DNA of 63,888 nucleotides, counting the filler, from Aduncisulcus paluster (lineage: Eukaryota): assembly GCA_024181965.1 (NCBI GenBank). It is 31 parts of 31 records of this genome, joined end to end, with 100 filler letters (N's around TTAATTAATTAA, not from the genome) between each part and the next. Parts side by side here need not be neighbours in the genome. Positions count along the whole stretch, not along the records: positions 61,185 to 62,669 come from BQXS01007810.1; positions 62,770 to 63,888 come from BQXS01007823.1; 29 more parts are not named here. One strand, given 5' to 3'. Below the pieces are notes generated by a model. The model ran no database searches and was not told where the DNA came from. It saw only the letters and a list, made by a program, of their open reading frames with translations. The position numbers were made by a program, and so were the translations under genes. Shown here one piece after another: positions 62,266 through 63,888 of this stretch (the stretch's first letter is position 1; each line of letters begins with the position of its first letter).

Positions 62266-62341
62266 AAAATGGCGGAGGTGGGGTTCGAACCCACGTCTTC
62301 CACACCGCAGCATGAAGGACTAACGTCTCGGCCAAATATTG
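62266..62341 (-). ncRNA. Degenerate tRNA-like Pol III unit inside element B
   Basis: A-box-like TGGCCGAGACG, perfect T-arm GTGGG-TTCGAAC-CCCAC, 3' CTCCGCCA then TTTT; 5' acceptor strand does not pair. Confidence 0.7.
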
Positions 62342-62769
62342 TTCAAATAATTTTTATGTTGAACGTATCAATGAAAAATACTTCTTGTTCCTTCTTCTTA
62401 TTTAAAATTAAGAAGTGAAATAAAAGAACAACATATAATTAACATAGATAGAGTGTATTTTCCCCACTTCTACCCCTCTCAGAGCGAAGGCTCGATGGAA
62501 GGAAAGGGAAAAATACGATCTGAAATAGAAAGATATTTCAATGAAAAAGATGTAATATCTTTAAAGTATAACGCTTATCACTAGTGTAATTGATAATTGT
62601 TAACCGAATCGCGACTCGGTTCGTGTGTGAAAAAAGCAAAAAGTCGAAAAATTTGAATTAGCAAAATTANNNNNNNNNNNNNNNNNNNNNNNNNNNNNNN
62701 NNNNNNNNNNNNNTTAATTAATTAANNNNNNNNNNNNNNNNNNNNNNNNNNNNNNNNNNNNNNNNNNNN

Positions 62770-63888
62770 CGGCGCCAGCCCCGACGTGATGACGTCGTCG
62801 GTGACGGCGCCGCTCGAGGTGCAGTTCGGCCAGATGCCGAATCTGAATCAGATGAGTTCGGTGAGTTCGGCCGGCTCGTCGGTCATCACGCTGCAATTCG
62901 GCCTGTCGATTTCGCTCGACGTCGCCGAGCAGGAGGTGCAGGCCGCGATCAATGCCGCGGGCAATCTCTTGCCGTCGGACCTGCCGGCACCGCCGATCTA
63001 CGCCAAGGTCAATCCGGCTGACGCGCCGATCCTCACCCTCGGCCTGACCTCGAAGACGATGCCGCTGACGCAGGTGCAGGATTTCGTCGACACAAGGCTG
63101 GCTCAGAAGATCTCGCAGCTGCCCGGCGTCGGCCTCGTCAGCATCAGCGGCGGCCAGCGGCCCGCGGTACGCATCCAGGCCGACATCCGCAAGCTCGCGG
63201 CCTATGGCCTCAACATCGACGACCTCCGCANNNNNNNNNNNNNNNNNNNNNNNNNNNNNNNNNNNNNNNNNNNNNNNNNNNNNNNNNNNNNNNNNNNNNN
63301 NNNNNNNNNNNCACCATCAATGCCAACGACCAGATCCGCAATGCCAGCGACTACCGCTCGCTGATCGTCGCCTACAAAAACGGTTCGCCGGTCCGCCTCA
63401 GCGACGTCGGCAACGTCGTCGACGGCGCGCAGAACGACAAGCTCGGCGCCTGGATGAACGAGACGCCGGCAATCATCCTCAATATCCAGCGCCAGCCCGG
63501 CGCCAACGTGATCTCGGTGGTGCAGGGCATCAAGGACCTGCTGCCGCAATTGCAGGCCACGCTGCCGGCGGCGATCGACCTGAACATCCTGACCGACCGG
63601 ACCGTCACGATCCGCGCCTCGGTCCGCGACGTCGAATACGAGCTGTCGCTCGCGGTAATCCTGGTCGTGCTTGTCATCTTCGTGTTCCTGCGCTCGACCC
63701 GCGCCACGCTGATCCCGAGCCTGTCGGTGCCGCTGTCGCTGGTCGGCACGCTTGGGGCGATGTATCTGTTCGGCTTCAGCCTGAACAATTTGTCGCTGAT
63801 GGCGCTGACCATCGCCACCGGCTTCGTGGTCGACGACGCCATCGTCGTGATCGAAAACATCTCGCGATACATCGAAGAGGGCGAGTCT
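62770..63888 (+). CDS. mdtB: RND multidrug efflux permease MdtB/MuxB (internal fragment)
   Basis: [54 protein letters not shown]. Confidence 0.88.

Noticed and set aside
62270-62295. TGGCGGAGGTGGGGTTCG as a classical PBS after a 300-bp LTR
   Set aside because: The true repeat unit is the 88-bp LTR also found at 58350. Gag and PPT positions orient the element on the minus strand, and the tRNA similarity extends to an A-box.
62335-62342. ACAATAT shared by the tRNA-like 5' end and the LTR-B/palindrome junction
   Set aside because: Only 7 nt in AT-rich DNA; cannot be distinguished from chance.

Overview
This window is not one genomic locus. It is about 31 short scaffolds joined by an artificial N-run/TTAATTAATTAA/N-run linker, so adjacency across linkers is meaningless. 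Most of positions 1-28,000 and the last scaffold are bacterial housekeeping fragments from at least four sources: AT-rich Campylobacterota (gatA, rpoB, pyk, pepA, MCP), Bacteroidota (SusC, thiH/thiF), GC-rich Bradyrhizobium-like Alphaproteobacteria (fdsBA, purCS, cbbA, mdtB) and a Mycobacterium/Mycobacteroides (cmtR, mrp, CYP130, stf0, cysQ, a prophage tail module). Scaffold 3126-4871 and roughly 28,100-62,700 come from an intron-containing anaerobic eukaryote, by inference a fornicate-like protist such as Aduncisulcus. They carry LRR/EGF surface proteins, a repeat-domain kinase, a nitroreductase and a HydG with an N-terminal extension. The most interesting signal is a set of at least six divergent LTR-retrotransposon families with very short TG..CA LTRs (mostly 78-101 bp) that share one motif layout. 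Every visible 5'LTR/gag junction has a perfect 12-20 bp palindrome instead of a tRNA primer-binding site. Both 3' ends with enough sequence carry a degenerate tRNA-like Pol III unit upstream of the polypurine tract. The elements are frequently nested in one another.
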